Positions 19,569 through 29,796 of a stretch of 64,000 bases of DNA are shown one piece after another. The DNA comes from Candidatus Poribacteria bacterium (lineage in GTDB: Bacteria; Poribacteria; WGA-4E; PCPOR2b). How positions within the stretch are numbered: the stretch's first letter is position 1; each line of letters starts with the position of its first letter. The notes beneath the pieces are model-generated. The model ran no database searches and had not been told where the DNA came from. It saw only the letters and a program-made list of their open reading frames with translations. Where the stretch lies: positions 672,001 through 736,000 of the forward strand of contig OZ240245.1 in NCBI GenBank assembly GCA_965198175.1, in the 5' to 3' direction. Made by a program: the position numbers and the translations under genes.

Positions 19569-20678
19569 CTACTCCACAAGCGCTAGCTGCGCCATCTCGC
19601 GTCCCTGTTCAGTCAAATCCAATCGACCGTCTTGATTGTGAATAAATCCACGACGTTCGGCGTTTCTGACCACCTGCCGGGCAAAATCTGGTTCCCAGTG
19701 GAGATGGCTGCTGAGGTGATTAACGTGCGCTTCTCTTTCTGCCTCGCGCAAACCTTCGTGACTGAATAGGTGAATCGCAAGCACCGTCTGCGCAAATTCC
19801 CACCGTTGGCTAGCCCGGCGGCGGGCGATGGCGATGATGCCGCGATACGGTGCCAACAAGAACGCCAAACCAAACAAAACACCTGTCATCATCGCAATAG
19901 AGCCGGCGATTGAAGCATCTAGATAGTGTGCAAACCAATACCCAGATATTGCGCTGGCAACACCAATTGTACCGCTAAGCCAAATCATTCGGGATAGCTG
20001 ATTAGTGAGCAAGTAAGCCGTCGCAGGTGGCGCAATCATCAATGCAACGACCAGAATTGAACCGACAGCGTCGAATGCTCCAACGGCTGTGATTGAAACC
20101 AATGTCATTAAACCATAGTGAAGGAGTCCAGGTGAGAAACCGAGCGTTGCAGCAAGACCCGCATCAAAGGTCGCCAACTTCAGTTCCTTATAAAAAAACT
20201 TGAAAAAGGCGATGTTGATGATTAGGATTGTAACCGTTAACCAAAGCGCACGAGGTCCCAAATCCTGTCCAAAGAGCTTGAAACGATAAAACGGTGCGAA
20301 AGCGAGTTCACCTAATAGCACAGCGTCCGTGTCAAGGTGTACATCATCAGCATAGCGAGCAATGAGGATTACTCCAATACTGAACAGGGCGGGGAATGTG
20401 ATGCCGATAGCGGCATCTTCATATACCAGTCTCGTACGATTTAGCAACTCTACCAAACTTACGGTTAGCACACCAGTAGCCGCCGCCGCAATGATTAAGA
20501 GCGGTGATGAAAGATTTTCAGTAATGAAGAAGGCAAGAACAATCCCGACGAGGATAGCGTGGCTGATAGCATCGCTCATCATTGCCATACGGCGCAATAC
20601 GAGAAACACACCCGGTAAAGCGCAGGCTACCGCGACGACTGCCGCAATTAGTTGAATCTGTAGTCCTTCGAGTGACAT
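19569..20678 (-). CDS. mntD: Mn/Zn/Fe ABC transporter permease (TroD/MntD-like) with C-terminal wHTH-like tail
   Basis: LRRMAMMSDAISHAIL, DTDAVLLGE, KELKLATFD, AFDAVGSILV. Confidence 0.88.
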   Translation of the reverse strand: MSLEGLQIQLIAAVVAVACALPGVFLVLRRMAMMSDAISHAILVGIVLAFFITENLSSPLLIIAAAATGVLTVSLVELLNRTRLVYEDAAIGITFPALFSIGVILIARYADDVHLDTDAVLLGELAFAPFYRFKLFGQDLGPRALWLTVTILIINIAFFKFFYKELKLATFDAGLAATLGFSPGLLHYGLMTLVSITAVGAFDAVGSILVVALMIAPPATAYLLTNQLSRMIWLSGTIGVASAISGYWFAHYLDASIAGSIAMMTGVLFGLAFLLAPYRGIIAIARRRASQRWEFAQTVLAIHLFSHEGLREAEREAHVNHLSSHLHWEPDFARQVVRNAERRGFIHNQDGRLDLTEQGREMAQLALVE

Positions 20679-20689
20679 CTTGACGCGTC

Positions 20690-21817
20690 TCACCTCTCCC
20701 GATTGGCAATCTGTTGCGCTTGAACAACTCCTTCGGGTGTTAACGCCCATTCATCGGAACTAACGTTCTTAACCCATCCCCGTGAAGCTAATTCCTTGAG
20801 ACTGTTACGAACGTTGCCCCGATTCACACTCATCGTCCCTAATACAGCAATCGAATGGCTATGTTGGAGGTCTGCATGCTGTGAGGCAAGTGCATAGAGA
20901 TCCTTCAACACAACTTCAATTTGTAGTTTTCGGCGTTCACGTTGATTGCGTATCCAATTCCACACAATTCCCCGGTTGGGTGCGATGGCAATTGACACAA
21001 CCACGATTGCACTGATACATAGCACGATAGCGGGGCCTGTCGGCATATGAACCATGCTGCTGCTGATGGCCGCACCGCTTACGCCAGCAATCGCGCCAAA
21101 TAGTGCTGAGAAGGCAACCATCGCACCGAGTCGATCTGTCCATTGCCGCGCTGCGGCGGCGGGAGCAACAATCATAGCGCTCATCAACACCACGCCGACC
21201 GTTTGTAGTCCTAATACAATCGCTACGACGAGGAGCGTAATCAACAGAACATCAAGGATTCGCATCGGGAAACCGAGGCTTGCGCCGAAACTTGAGTCGA
21301 AGCACAGTAACTTAAACTCCTTCCAAAAGAGTTGCATGACGATGAGAATGATTCCACCGAGAGAAACCATCGTTATTACGTCGCGCTCCATGAGGGCAGC
21401 CGCTTGTCCAAACAGGAATGTATCCAATCCAGATTGCTTGGCAGTCGGCATCTTCTGAATGAAGGTAAGCAAGACCAAACCCGCACCGAAGAAAACCGAT
21501 AACACCAAGCCGAGTGCAGTGTCCTCTTTGATTCGGGTATTATTCACAATACTCATCACAAGAAGTGTTCCAACCCATCCCGCTATCGCCGCGCCGATTA
21601 CAAGCACGAGCGGGGCTTTGCTCTGTGTCAGGAGGAACGCCAGCGCTACGCCGGGCAAAGCTGCGTGCGAAATCGCGTCCCCCAACAAACTCTGTTTCCG
21701 TAGCACCGCATAAGAGCCAAGTGCACCACTCACAACACCGAGCGTTGCTGAACCCATTGCCACTGTGCGTACGGTATAATCAAAGAACAAGTCTTTACCT
21801 AGTTCCAGAATGAGCAT
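20690..21817 (-). CDS. mntC: Mn/Zn/Fe ABC transporter permease (TroC/MntC-like) with C-terminal wHTH-like tail
   Basis: LRKQSLLGDAISHAALPG, LFGQAA, WKEFKLLCFD, AAARQWT. Confidence 0.9.
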   Translation of the reverse strand: MLILELGKDLFFDYTVRTVAMGSATLGVVSGALGSYAVLRKQSLLGDAISHAALPGVALAFLLTQSKAPLVLVIGAAIAGWVGTLLVMSIVNNTRIKEDTALGLVLSVFFGAGLVLLTFIQKMPTAKQSGLDTFLFGQAAALMERDVITMVSLGGIILIVMQLFWKEFKLLCFDSSFGASLGFPMRILDVLLITLLVVAIVLGLQTVGVVLMSAMIVAPAAAARQWTDRLGAMVAFSALFGAIAGVSGAAISSSMVHMPTGPAIVLCISAIVVVSIAIAPNRGIVWNWIRNQRERRKLQIEVVLKDLYALASQHADLQHSHSIAVLGTMSVNRGNVRNSLKELASRGWVKNVSSDEWALTPEGVVQAQQIANRER

Positions 21818-21829
21818 TTCCGACCTCCG

Positions 21830-22657
21830 TCAGTCCTGCATCTGTCGGTTAGGACTATCGCCCTCTCTATTCGGTCCGTTGATCGCAGTTTGTGTTTCGT
21901 CAAACTCATTCCCATTTCGATTGAGGAACGCCACACGCCCACCGTAGGTAAGCCGTAGATTCTTTTCAGTGAAGACCTCTTTGACTGGACCGCTGGCAAT
22001 GCGTCGTACATTAAGGAGCGTGACCCAGTCAAAGTAATCTACGACGGTTTGTAAGTCGTGGTGGACGACAACCAACGTTTTACCCGCTGCGCGTAACTCT
22101 TGCAACAACGAGACAATTGCGCGTTCAGTCGTTGCGTCCACTCCCTGAAACGGCTCGTCCATAAAATAAATCTGCGCATCTTGAACAAGCGCACGCGCGA
22201 GAAACACACGCTGCTGTTGCCCACCGGAGAGCTGGCTTATCTGTCGCGCTGCAAACTCTTCCATACCAACCTTTTCAAGCGCTTCCAGGGCTAGTGTTCG
22301 TTCTTTGGATCTCGGCCGACGCATCCAACCAAGTGCACCATATCGCCCCATCATTACAACATCCAAAACGCTTGTGGGGAAATCCCAATCCACGCTGCCT
22401 CGTTGTGGAACATAACCGACTAGACGGCGCTGCGCAGCGTAAGACTGTCCATAAATCGAGACTCGCCCGGCTGCTGAACGAACTAATCCCAAAATAACTT
22501 TAATAAGTGTTGTTTTCCCCGCACCGTTGGGACCGACGATCGCCATCAGAACCCCGGTTGGAACGGCCAAATCGACGTCCCAAAGCACCGGTTCTTCACG
22601 ATAAGCCACTGTAAGATCCTCGACCTCAATCGCTAGAGAACCAGAATAATTTGCCAT
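21830..22657 (-). CDS. mntB: Metal ABC transporter ATPase
   Basis: [39 protein letters not shown]. Confidence 0.93.
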   Translation of the reverse strand: MANYSGSLAIEVEDLTVAYREEPVLWDVDLAVPTGVLMAIVGPNGAGKTTLIKVILGLVRSAAGRVSIYGQSYAAQRRLVGYVPQRGSVDWDFPTSVLDVVMMGRYGALGWMRRPRSKERTLALEALEKVGMEEFAARQISQLSGGQQQRVFLARALVQDAQIYFMDEPFQGVDATTERAIVSLLQELRAAGKTLVVVHHDLQTVVDYFDWVTLLNVRRIASGPVKEVFTEKNLRLTYGGRVAFLNRNGNEFDETQTAINGPNREGDSPNRQMQD

Positions 22658-22724
22658 TTTTTTCCCGCTACGAAGATGTCCAAGGTTGCGAAACAGAGGC
22701 TCCGGAAATCTTTGTTGTCATATT

Positions 22725-23660
22725 CTATTCAATTGGCATTAGCGATTGCACAATCGTATCAATATTGTGGCGAATCATACCGATGTATGTGCCCTCTGGT
22801 GTGTTTGCGTTACCCATAGCATCGGAGAAGAGTTGACCGCCAATTTTTACGTCGAATCCCCTCGATTTGACTGCCGCTTGCACCGCCTCAATGTTACGCG
22901 GCGACACGGACGTTTCAACAAATATCGCCGGGATACGGGCTTGAGCAATAAAGTCAGCCAGTTCTCGTATATCTGCTACACCAGCTTCCGCGGCTGTGCT
23001 GATTCCTTGAAGTCCGCGCACCTCAAAGCCGTAAGCCTGACCAAAGTAGTTGAACGCGTCGTGAGCAGTGACCAATACGCGTCGATTTGACGCCAAACGC
23101 GCCGCTTGCATCTGTACGTATTGGTGAAGTTCGCCTAGCTTTACGAGATAATCGTCGGAATTTCGCTGGTAATCTCCAGCGTTATTGGCGTCCGCTTCAA
23201 CGAGGGTATCGCGCACAACCTCGACCGCCTTCTTCCAAAGTGTAACATCAAACCAGACGTGGGGGTCATAGGCGCCCTTAAACTCAGGAGGCGTGAGTAG
23301 CGCTGACCGATTAATACTATCCGTAACAGCAACCGTTTTTGCTCGTCCCGACATCTGTTCTAACACCTCCGACATTTTAGCCTCAAGATGCAAGCCGTTA
23401 TAGAAAATAATGTCTGCGTTTGACAGGCGGGAAACATCTCCCGCACTCGCTTTGTATAGGTGCGGATCTATGCCAGGCCCCATGAGTGCAGTCACTTTGA
23501 CGAAATCGCCACCGACAATTTGCGCGATATCGGCGATCATGCCAATTGTTCCGACAATATCAATCTGACCTTTGCCCTCTTTTTTCTTTTTATCTTGTTG
23601 CCCACAGGCAGGCAAAAACACTATTGAGGTGATTATCAGCAATGATGCAAGGATACGCAT
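22725..23660 (-). CDS. mntA: Metal ABC transporter substrate-binding lipoprotein (TroA/MntA)
   Basis: Lipobox LPAC, DPHLY, DPHVWFD, AHDAFNYF, FSDAMG. Confidence 0.93.
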   Translation of the reverse strand: MRILASLLIITSIVFLPACGQQDKKKKEGKGQIDIVGTIGMIADIAQIVGGDFVKVTALMGPGIDPHLYKASAGDVSRLSNADIIFYNGLHLEAKMSEVLEQMSGRAKTVAVTDSINRSALLTPPEFKGAYDPHVWFDVTLWKKAVEVVRDTLVEADANNAGDYQRNSDDYLVKLGELHQYVQMQAARLASNRRVLVTAHDAFNYFGQAYGFEVRGLQGISTAAEAGVADIRELADFIAQARIPAIFVETSVSPRNIEAVQAAVKSRGFDVKIGGQLFSDAMGNANTPEGTYIGMIRHNIDTIVQSLMPIE

Positions 23661-23786
23661 AATATCAGTTTCACTCCCAATCAAGATTCAAGCGATGCGC
23701 CGCGCGAATCAACAGTCAAGTAGGTCAACACTGTATCAATTCGATCCGCTGTGCACTCTAAAAAAACTGTTAGGCATGTCTGTGAA

Positions 23787-23835
23787 TATAATTTAGGTTT
23801 GACTAAATTATAGGTAATGTTGTGGCTAAAGTCAA
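23787..23835 (-). promoter_or_regulatory. DtxR/MntR/TroR-type operator overlapping a sigma70 promoter
   Basis: TATAATTTAG-7-CTAAATTATA (23787-23813) overlaps the -10 TATAAT; -35 TTGACT at 23835-23830. Confidence 0.75.
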
Positions 23836-23981
23836 GGAAAATGAGGTAAGTGGTTTAATGGCGAGTGCGCAACCATTAAACCTTCACGGTGGGAGGGATA
23901 CAACTTTATTACCGGTGTTTGCTATTCGTGCGGTTAGTAAGACGCGCATTCGGACTCAGGCATTGGGGCTTGTCCTAATAC

Positions 23982-26489
23982 CTAGTGCGGAACCCCCAAC
24001 TGGTGCATCCGTCGGTGAATCGCTTCTTTAGCTTCGAGGAATGGACGTTCGAGGAAAGCGAGATGGTCGTCCTCACCGTGATGGTGGGTAACGCTGCCCG
24101 GTTGATGGTGGTGCGCTGTTCTGCGGATATACGATAATCCGCCTTCGATCAGCGTCAGCATATAATTTGCCGACTTGATATCGAACAGCCACCACTCACC
24201 ACCGACGGCAATGTAAATCGGGGATGTATGCGCAATGATGCCTCGTCCCCAGCCATCGTGATGGGGAACGGCTTGCGTGTAACCGGGACCGCCGCAGCGA
24301 GCAGCGATCCATGTGTGTTTGTTGATTGGCAAGGAGGTTCTGAGACGTAGTGTCCGCGCGCCCTTTTGTTCGTCAGTCGAGGCAACTACCTTGCCTTGTT
24401 GTACAATTTGCAGTGTGTGGAGGGGGAAGATTGATTCTGCCGACGCTTCAAGTTCCACCGTGCCGCCGTTGCCCGGTAGGTTAATCGTGCTTCCAATCGG
24501 CTTTCCGTCAACGGTTAGCCGAATAATCGGACCGCCGCTGAGGAAGGTATTTCCCTTGCTAAGATACTTGCACCAGTTATCGTAGTTGAACTCCTCATCT
24601 TCAGGGATATGGACGTAGGTTCGGTATATGCCGACCGGCACATTACTAGTCATCTTGTCTGTCCCGCCAACCAACGGCAGCTTATAGCCGCAGTTGAGAT
24701 ACCGATAATACTCGATATGACCGTACATGGCTTCCAACAGATATTCAACGGCATCAACGCGGTCCGTCGCAATCAGCGTTGCGGGTTCACAGTTTGGATT
24801 GGGAATATGCGGCAGGATAACTGTGCCGCCCTGCTCATGGCAGGCATCCGCCCAGTGCGAGAGTGTAGTTTCCAGATTGCCGCCAAGTTCAGCTTCGCTG
24901 GGACCATCCGAGCACCACGGGCTAACTTGCTTTTTCAAACCAAGCAGCGTAAGATGACCGAGAACGTGTTGACGGTTTTCCTGAGACGCATAGACAATAC
25001 TGCGTCCATCATCGGATACGTTTGGGCGACCGATGAACTCCTCTGTGTTGGTAAAGAGATGCCCCCACTGCGAAAGCAACAGATTGACTACGTTGAGATC
25101 TTCACCCTGCGCCTCAGTGTGCGACCCTTGCGTGGAAAGGAAGTGGACGTGCGTATCCCCGCTAAAGTAGCGTTCGGCATTCATGTTGCACCAGCGCTTC
25201 AGCCGCAGCGTCAAGTCGCGCTGCCCCGGTTTAATCTCAATTTTAGTCCGCAGCGGTTCGTATTCATAACCTCGTGCAACATCAACGAGGACTTCGCCGC
25301 GCGGCAACCAGCCCTGACAGGTACCGTCAATATAGGCGTAGCTAATTTGTCCAAGCCGAACATCGCCCCCAACGTCGATATGCCAAGTATCCATATTTGA
25401 GTTGACGTGTGCGTGGTGTCCGTGCGGCGCGTAGGGCACACCTTGCCCGGATCGGAAGTGGAGGCGGCAAGGCACAGGTTTACCGGTCTGATCATCGACT
25501 ACCGTTGTATGAACCCAGTTTCTGCCTGTGTCGATAATCTCCACCTGCAGCCGAGAGTTCGGTTCGACGCTACCGCCTTTCTCTAATTCGCCCCATTTCA
25601 CTTCGCCTAAGGTTTCGCCGCGATTCGAGACGGTGACCGTGGCTGAAGGTGTTGCGGACACTTCAACGTACGCGGGGCTGCTCTTGTTGTTTTGTGCTTC
25701 GCCCCACCCTTTGAAGTCGTCACACAGGAACTGATCCGCCGGTTTCTCTGGCAACGGATAGGGATAGGTTGCTACGCCGCGATCAACCCCGACTTCCATA
25801 CGGAAAGGCTTTTCGGCATCTTCCGCTTTTGGTAAGGTAATCTTGACTTCGCGGGTCGCTGTCCGAGGAATTACATCCTCTTCGAGGTGTCCCAATGTAA
25901 TAGCAGCGAGGATAAATTTCGGTCCTTCCGGGACGATGTGGACGGATTCGATTGTTTCCGTCGGCATCGGGTTTTCCCAAACCCAGAGGTAATAGTCGTT
26001 GGGCCACGCCTGAGTTGCCTCGGTCTGTCGATATCCCGCTTCGCCCCAATGCCCTCTGTCGCGAGGCTGTAAAGCATCCTTTTGATCGGGCCATGCCAAA
26101 AACGGAAACTGTCCCCATCCCGGTGGAACAACGGCGATTTCGAAGCGTTCACGAATCGGCGCGCAAATTTCTTCACCGTTCTCATAGCGGAAGATATAGC
26201 GTGCGGCTAAACGTCCTACTGGATCGCCCTCAATGATTTTCGATTCGAGCAGACGATGCGCCGCGATTATGCGTTTTGGGTTTGCCTTCACCGGCACGAC
26301 GATTGAATCGGTGTTGACGCCTTTTCCAAAACCAAGAAAACACTTTCCCTCATTATCCCCCGACAATCCGATTTGGAATGGCAGCCCGTGGAAGGTCTGT
26401 CTACCAATCGCGGGATTCGCATTTTCACCAATCACCTCAACACCAACGTTACAAAGTGAGGAAACATCTAATGGTTGATAGTCTTGCAT
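23982..26489 (-). CDS. CehA/McbA-family PHP-like metallohydrolase
   Basis: ARGYEY, SGDTHVH, QENRQHVLGH, GGTDK, AHTSPIY. Start at ATG 26489 behind AAGGAGG. Confidence 0.82.
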   Translation of the reverse strand: MQDYQPLDVSSLCNVGVEVIGENANPAIGRQTFHGLPFQIGLSGDNEGKCFLGFGKGVNTDSIVVPVKANPKRIIAAHRLLESKIIEGDPVGRLAARYIFRYENGEEICAPIRERFEIAVVPPGWGQFPFLAWPDQKDALQPRDRGHWGEAGYRQTEATQAWPNDYYLWVWENPMPTETIESVHIVPEGPKFILAAITLGHLEEDVIPRTATREVKITLPKAEDAEKPFRMEVGVDRGVATYPYPLPEKPADQFLCDDFKGWGEAQNNKSSPAYVEVSATPSATVTVSNRGETLGEVKWGELEKGGSVEPNSRLQVEIIDTGRNWVHTTVVDDQTGKPVPCRLHFRSGQGVPYAPHGHHAHVNSNMDTWHIDVGGDVRLGQISYAYIDGTCQGWLPRGEVLVDVARGYEYEPLRTKIEIKPGQRDLTLRLKRWCNMNAERYFSGDTHVHFLSTQGSHTEAQGEDLNVVNLLLSQWGHLFTNTEEFIGRPNVSDDGRSIVYASQENRQHVLGHLTLLGLKKQVSPWCSDGPSEAELGGNLETTLSHWADACHEQGGTVILPHIPNPNCEPATLIATDRVDAVEYLLEAMYGHIEYYRYLNCGYKLPLVGGTDKMTSNVPVGIYRTYVHIPEDEEFNYDNWCKYLSKGNTFLSGGPIIRLTVDGKPIGSTINLPGNGGTVELEASAESIFPLHTLQIVQQGKVVASTDEQKGARTLRLRTSLPINKHTWIAARCGGPGYTQAVPHHDGWGRGIIAHTSPIYIAVGGEWWLFDIKSANYMLTLIEGGLSYIRRTAHHHQPGSVTHHHGEDDHLAFLERPFLEAKEAIHRRMHQLGVPH

Positions 26490-26910
26490 AAAGCACCTCC
26501 TTGATACGAGTTTTCCGCTGCTCTGCCGGTATTGGCAAATCCAGACCAAGCGTCGGATCGGCCAAGTTCCGTGCCCTGCCGGCAGTCATTGCGCAAGAAT
26601 ACGAGGTCAAACCTGTTAAGACTAGGCGGCCGGAACGACATGGTTTAGCCGAAACTCAATTCTTATAAACTCGGCGCGACACCACTTTTTGGGTGGGGGA
26701 TGAGGTTTGGAAATGCTAGAGTAGTAACCAGAAAAATGGTCTATGAATGGCGATTGCCCCTACAGGATAACGCTACCGGGGCGGTCTGTAGTGTTTCTCG
26801 CACACACTGTAAATCAATCCCTACGGTTTAGGCCATTAATCCTGCGGTTGACAACCTTTTCCGAATTGACCCGCACAGTTGCAGCGTCAGAACGGAAAAT
26901 CAGAATCTGT

Positions 26911-28257
26911 CTACTTGTCTGTTGGCACAGTTTGCCCTTTACGGTGCATAAACGTGGTACGGCTAGGCTCACGTTCCCAATCGAATTGCGTCCTAGCGTC
27001 AGGGTGCATTTTCTTAAACCGGCGAAGCCCTTCAACGGGTCCGTATTCATCTAACAACCGTTGTGTCTCTGAAAACTGCTCCGGCGACAACTGTTCCTTG
27101 AGTTGTGCTTTGATGGTTTCCGATGTGAGGCTATCGGGCATCGGGGGGATAGCTTCTGTCTCCTCGCTACTTCTAGTTCTAGCAAATGACTGGTCAGCCT
27201 CCCGATCGACCCGACTTGTCGCTTCCGATTGTTCAGGCGCGGCTTCAAGGGAATATTCGAATTCATCAATGCTCGCCGCTTCCGCCTCTAAATTTGACAA
27301 GTCGCTTTTACGTAACCACCCCGGTATTGGAGGGTAACTAGTATCTGGCAGAAAACTCACTTTTACCGGAGACTTATCAGAGTGCCGCGGTTTTTGACCG
27401 AACGCATCTAACAACCGGACCCGTTCATCTCTTGCCGCGTGCGCTGCGGACATTTCATCGACGTGTTGTTTATCTGTGTCAGATAGCGACACATCTAGTT
27501 CACCCGCGGCTATCTTTGCCTCAACCTCATCCATTGGGATGCCCAAAGTTGTGGAGTGCGCAAACTTATTAAAATACTCCTCACGCTCATATGGATCCTC
27601 TATCTCATAATACTCATCAGGCGCAAAATGCTTTACACCTTCTGGGTCGATACTTTTGGGTAGAATTAATGCTACTCCTCTCGAGGGTTTTGCCGGAAAC
27701 AAGTTGGGATGGGACTCAGGGGCGACAAGTTCTGATTGTAAGATAGCGTCCCCCTCTTCATACTGATCGTACTCAGGGACAATCACCTGACCCAGTTTTC
27801 CATCAGGGGTTACGACACGTTGTAGAACCCTCATTTCAATCTGCTGTCGAATCGCTGCACGTCTCTTTAATTCTTGCTCCACGTACGGGGTCAGTTTTCC
27901 CGTCATAATCCACTCATCAAGTTCTAATTCCTCTTTGCTCTTGGGATAACTTGATGCGTGTTTTATACCATTTATCTCATAAAGATAAGGGTACTCGATG
28001 TCCCCTGTGGAGTGGTTATGCTCATGTTTGGACATCTTCACTTCACGCGACAAGTCCTTGTCTTCTCCTACGCGCGTGTGGCCTTTAGAAGAATGAACAT
28101 CGTGCTCGTCAACAGAACGATTAAACGCTTGAACTTCCGAGATGACTTTGTTCACTTCAACATCCCGGTGATAAGCCCTTATGCAAACATAAGAAACAGA
28201 CAGGATCGCAACAATGCAAATCCCAACGATATAAGGGTTGAAACGACGCTTAAACAT
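26911..28257 (-). CDS. Hypothetical protein with N-terminal membrane anchor
   Basis: Long ORF, AGGAG RBS, single TM helix, His-rich linker, C-terminal QRLLDEYGPVEGLRR. Confidence 0.7.
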   Translation of the reverse strand: MFKRRFNPYIVGICIVAILSVSYVCIRAYHRDVEVNKVISEVQAFNRSVDEHDVHSSKGHTRVGEDKDLSREVKMSKHEHNHSTGDIEYPYLYEINGIKHASSYPKSKEELELDEWIMTGKLTPYVEQELKRRAAIRQQIEMRVLQRVVTPDGKLGQVIVPEYDQYEEGDAILQSELVAPESHPNLFPAKPSRGVALILPKSIDPEGVKHFAPDEYYEIEDPYEREEYFNKFAHSTTLGIPMDEVEAKIAAGELDVSLSDTDKQHVDEMSAAHAARDERVRLLDAFGQKPRHSDKSPVKVSFLPDTSYPPIPGWLRKSDLSNLEAEAASIDEFEYSLEAAPEQSEATSRVDREADQSFARTRSSEETEAIPPMPDSLTSETIKAQLKEQLSPEQFSETQRLLDEYGPVEGLRRFKKMHPDARTQFDWEREPSRTTFMHRKGQTVPTDK

Positions 28258-28731
28258 CAGATTATCTCCTACTGGGTTCAATTGCGAACGGATTGAAAAA
28301 CCGCAGTGACAAGATCGAATTCCCTTGTGGCGACACTTACAATCATGCAGATCGTAATCGAAATGAGGACAATCTTGGCGAAAACCTCCAAAGGTGTCAA
28401 TCTCACAGTTGCCCCATCTCTCGGTTTTTGACAGCTAAACGTCGAATGCCTCCTCATCCAGGAGTCGTAGGAGTTTTCGACAGATGGAATTGCGGGTTTG
28501 TGCTCCCCTAAAGAATCTGAATTGGCACAACGTTAACACATGGGAATCATGGTGTCAAGAAATATCCGAGATTTTCTTGAGTAGACTGGCGTTTTTTTAC
28601 ACGCGGAATGCCACTGGTATCATCCAGAGCAATATAATTCCAAAAGCGGGCGTTCTGAAGTACTACGGCAGGAGAACAATTAGTCATCTCATACCCTTTG
28701 ACCGCAGACACAAATTCAATCCCAATTTGCG

Positions 28732-28760
28732 TTGACATTGAAGGGCAAATGGGGTATCCT
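28732..28760 (+). promoter_or_regulatory. sigma70 promoter TTGACA-17-TATCCT
   Basis: Read directly upstream of the PHP gene. Confidence 0.55.
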
Positions 28761-28828
28761 CTCCACTATATCCAGCGAATGCAGAGACGATTGATGATGC
28801 ATTGAACGAACCTTAAAGGAGGCACGCC

Positions 28829-29725
28829 ATTTCCGGCTACAAAAATCCCTATTCAAATTCATCCCGCTGGTTTCGCGGCAACCTGCATGCACACACCTGC
28901 TGCGGGAAATTCATGGACGCCAGCGTTAGCGGACAGATATACGCCAATTTGGGCTATGATTTCCTGGCAATCACTGATCACAATATGGCACATACCCCGG
29001 AACAGTGGCAAAAGTGGCAAGCGGAAAACAGTCTTACTATTATCCCAGGCGAAGAGAATGGCAGTAAGGGGCACATCCTAGAGTTAGGCGTTTACGAGGT
29101 AACACCCACCGGAACGGACAATTACACCGAACGAGCAAAGCTGCTGCGGCAGGCTGGCGGTTTTGTTGTCGGATGTCATCCCCAAGAATATCCAGGTTGC
29201 GGCGAGGATGATATTCGCGATGCTGTCGGAATGCTACACGGCTTTGAAATTTTTAACGGCTTACGGGAGGGGCGAGGCTGCAACGAAATGGCAAATGTGG
29301 TTCTCTGGGACCAAATCTTAACCAGTGGCGGACGGATTTGGGGCGTAGCTACCGATGATTTTCATTGCGCTTATGTCACACCGGGTCACGGTTGGGTATC
29401 TGTTCAAGTGCCAGAAGACACACCGAATCCCGTTGATTGGGGTACCATCGTCCAGCAGCTAAAAGCTGGTGCATTTATCTCCAGTACTTACCCCGCCCTT
29501 GAAAAAATTACTCTTGAGTCCGATGGCACATCTTCCGACAAATTAGTCGTGGAAGCGAGGGGTACGAGAGAACTGCGCGTTATCGGCGACGGTGGCACCA
29601 TCCTGCACCGTGCTACAGGCAACCATTTAGAATGGAAGGTTGTACCAAACCTGACCTATTTTCGGGTCGAAGCTGTCAGTGGTATCAAGCGGGGGTGGAG
29701 TCAGCCTTTCTATCAAGAATCCTAA
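28829..29725 (+). CDS. PHP-domain metallohydrolase, apparently ATT-initiated
   Basis: The WFRGNLHAHT motif lies upstream of the first ATG (28913). Other motifs: AITDHN, GEE, CHP, ATDDFH, WSQP. Confidence 0.8.
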   Translation: MSGYKNPYSNSSRWFRGNLHAHTCCGKFMDASVSGQIYANLGYDFLAITDHNMAHTPEQWQKWQAENSLTIIPGEENGSKGHILELGVYEVTPTGTDNYTERAKLLRQAGGFVVGCHPQEYPGCGEDDIRDAVGMLHGFEIFNGLREGRGCNEMANVVLWDQILTSGGRIWGVATDDFHCAYVTPGHGWVSVQVPEDTPNPVDWGTIVQQLKAGAFISSTYPALEKITLESDGTSSDKLVVEARGTRELRVIGDGGTILHRATGNHLEWKVVPNLTYFRVEAVSGIKRGWSQPFYQES

Positions 29726-29796
29726 CTTCGGGTGGCAAGCCACTCGGTTACTCCATCAACCGCTAAATAATCCCCAAAGATAAAATAAGGTGAAAT

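Noticed and set aside
26508..26657. 6S RNA, SRP RNA or c-di-GMP riboswitch
   Set aside because: The diagnostic motifs of each could not be matched. Kept only as a low-confidence structured leader.
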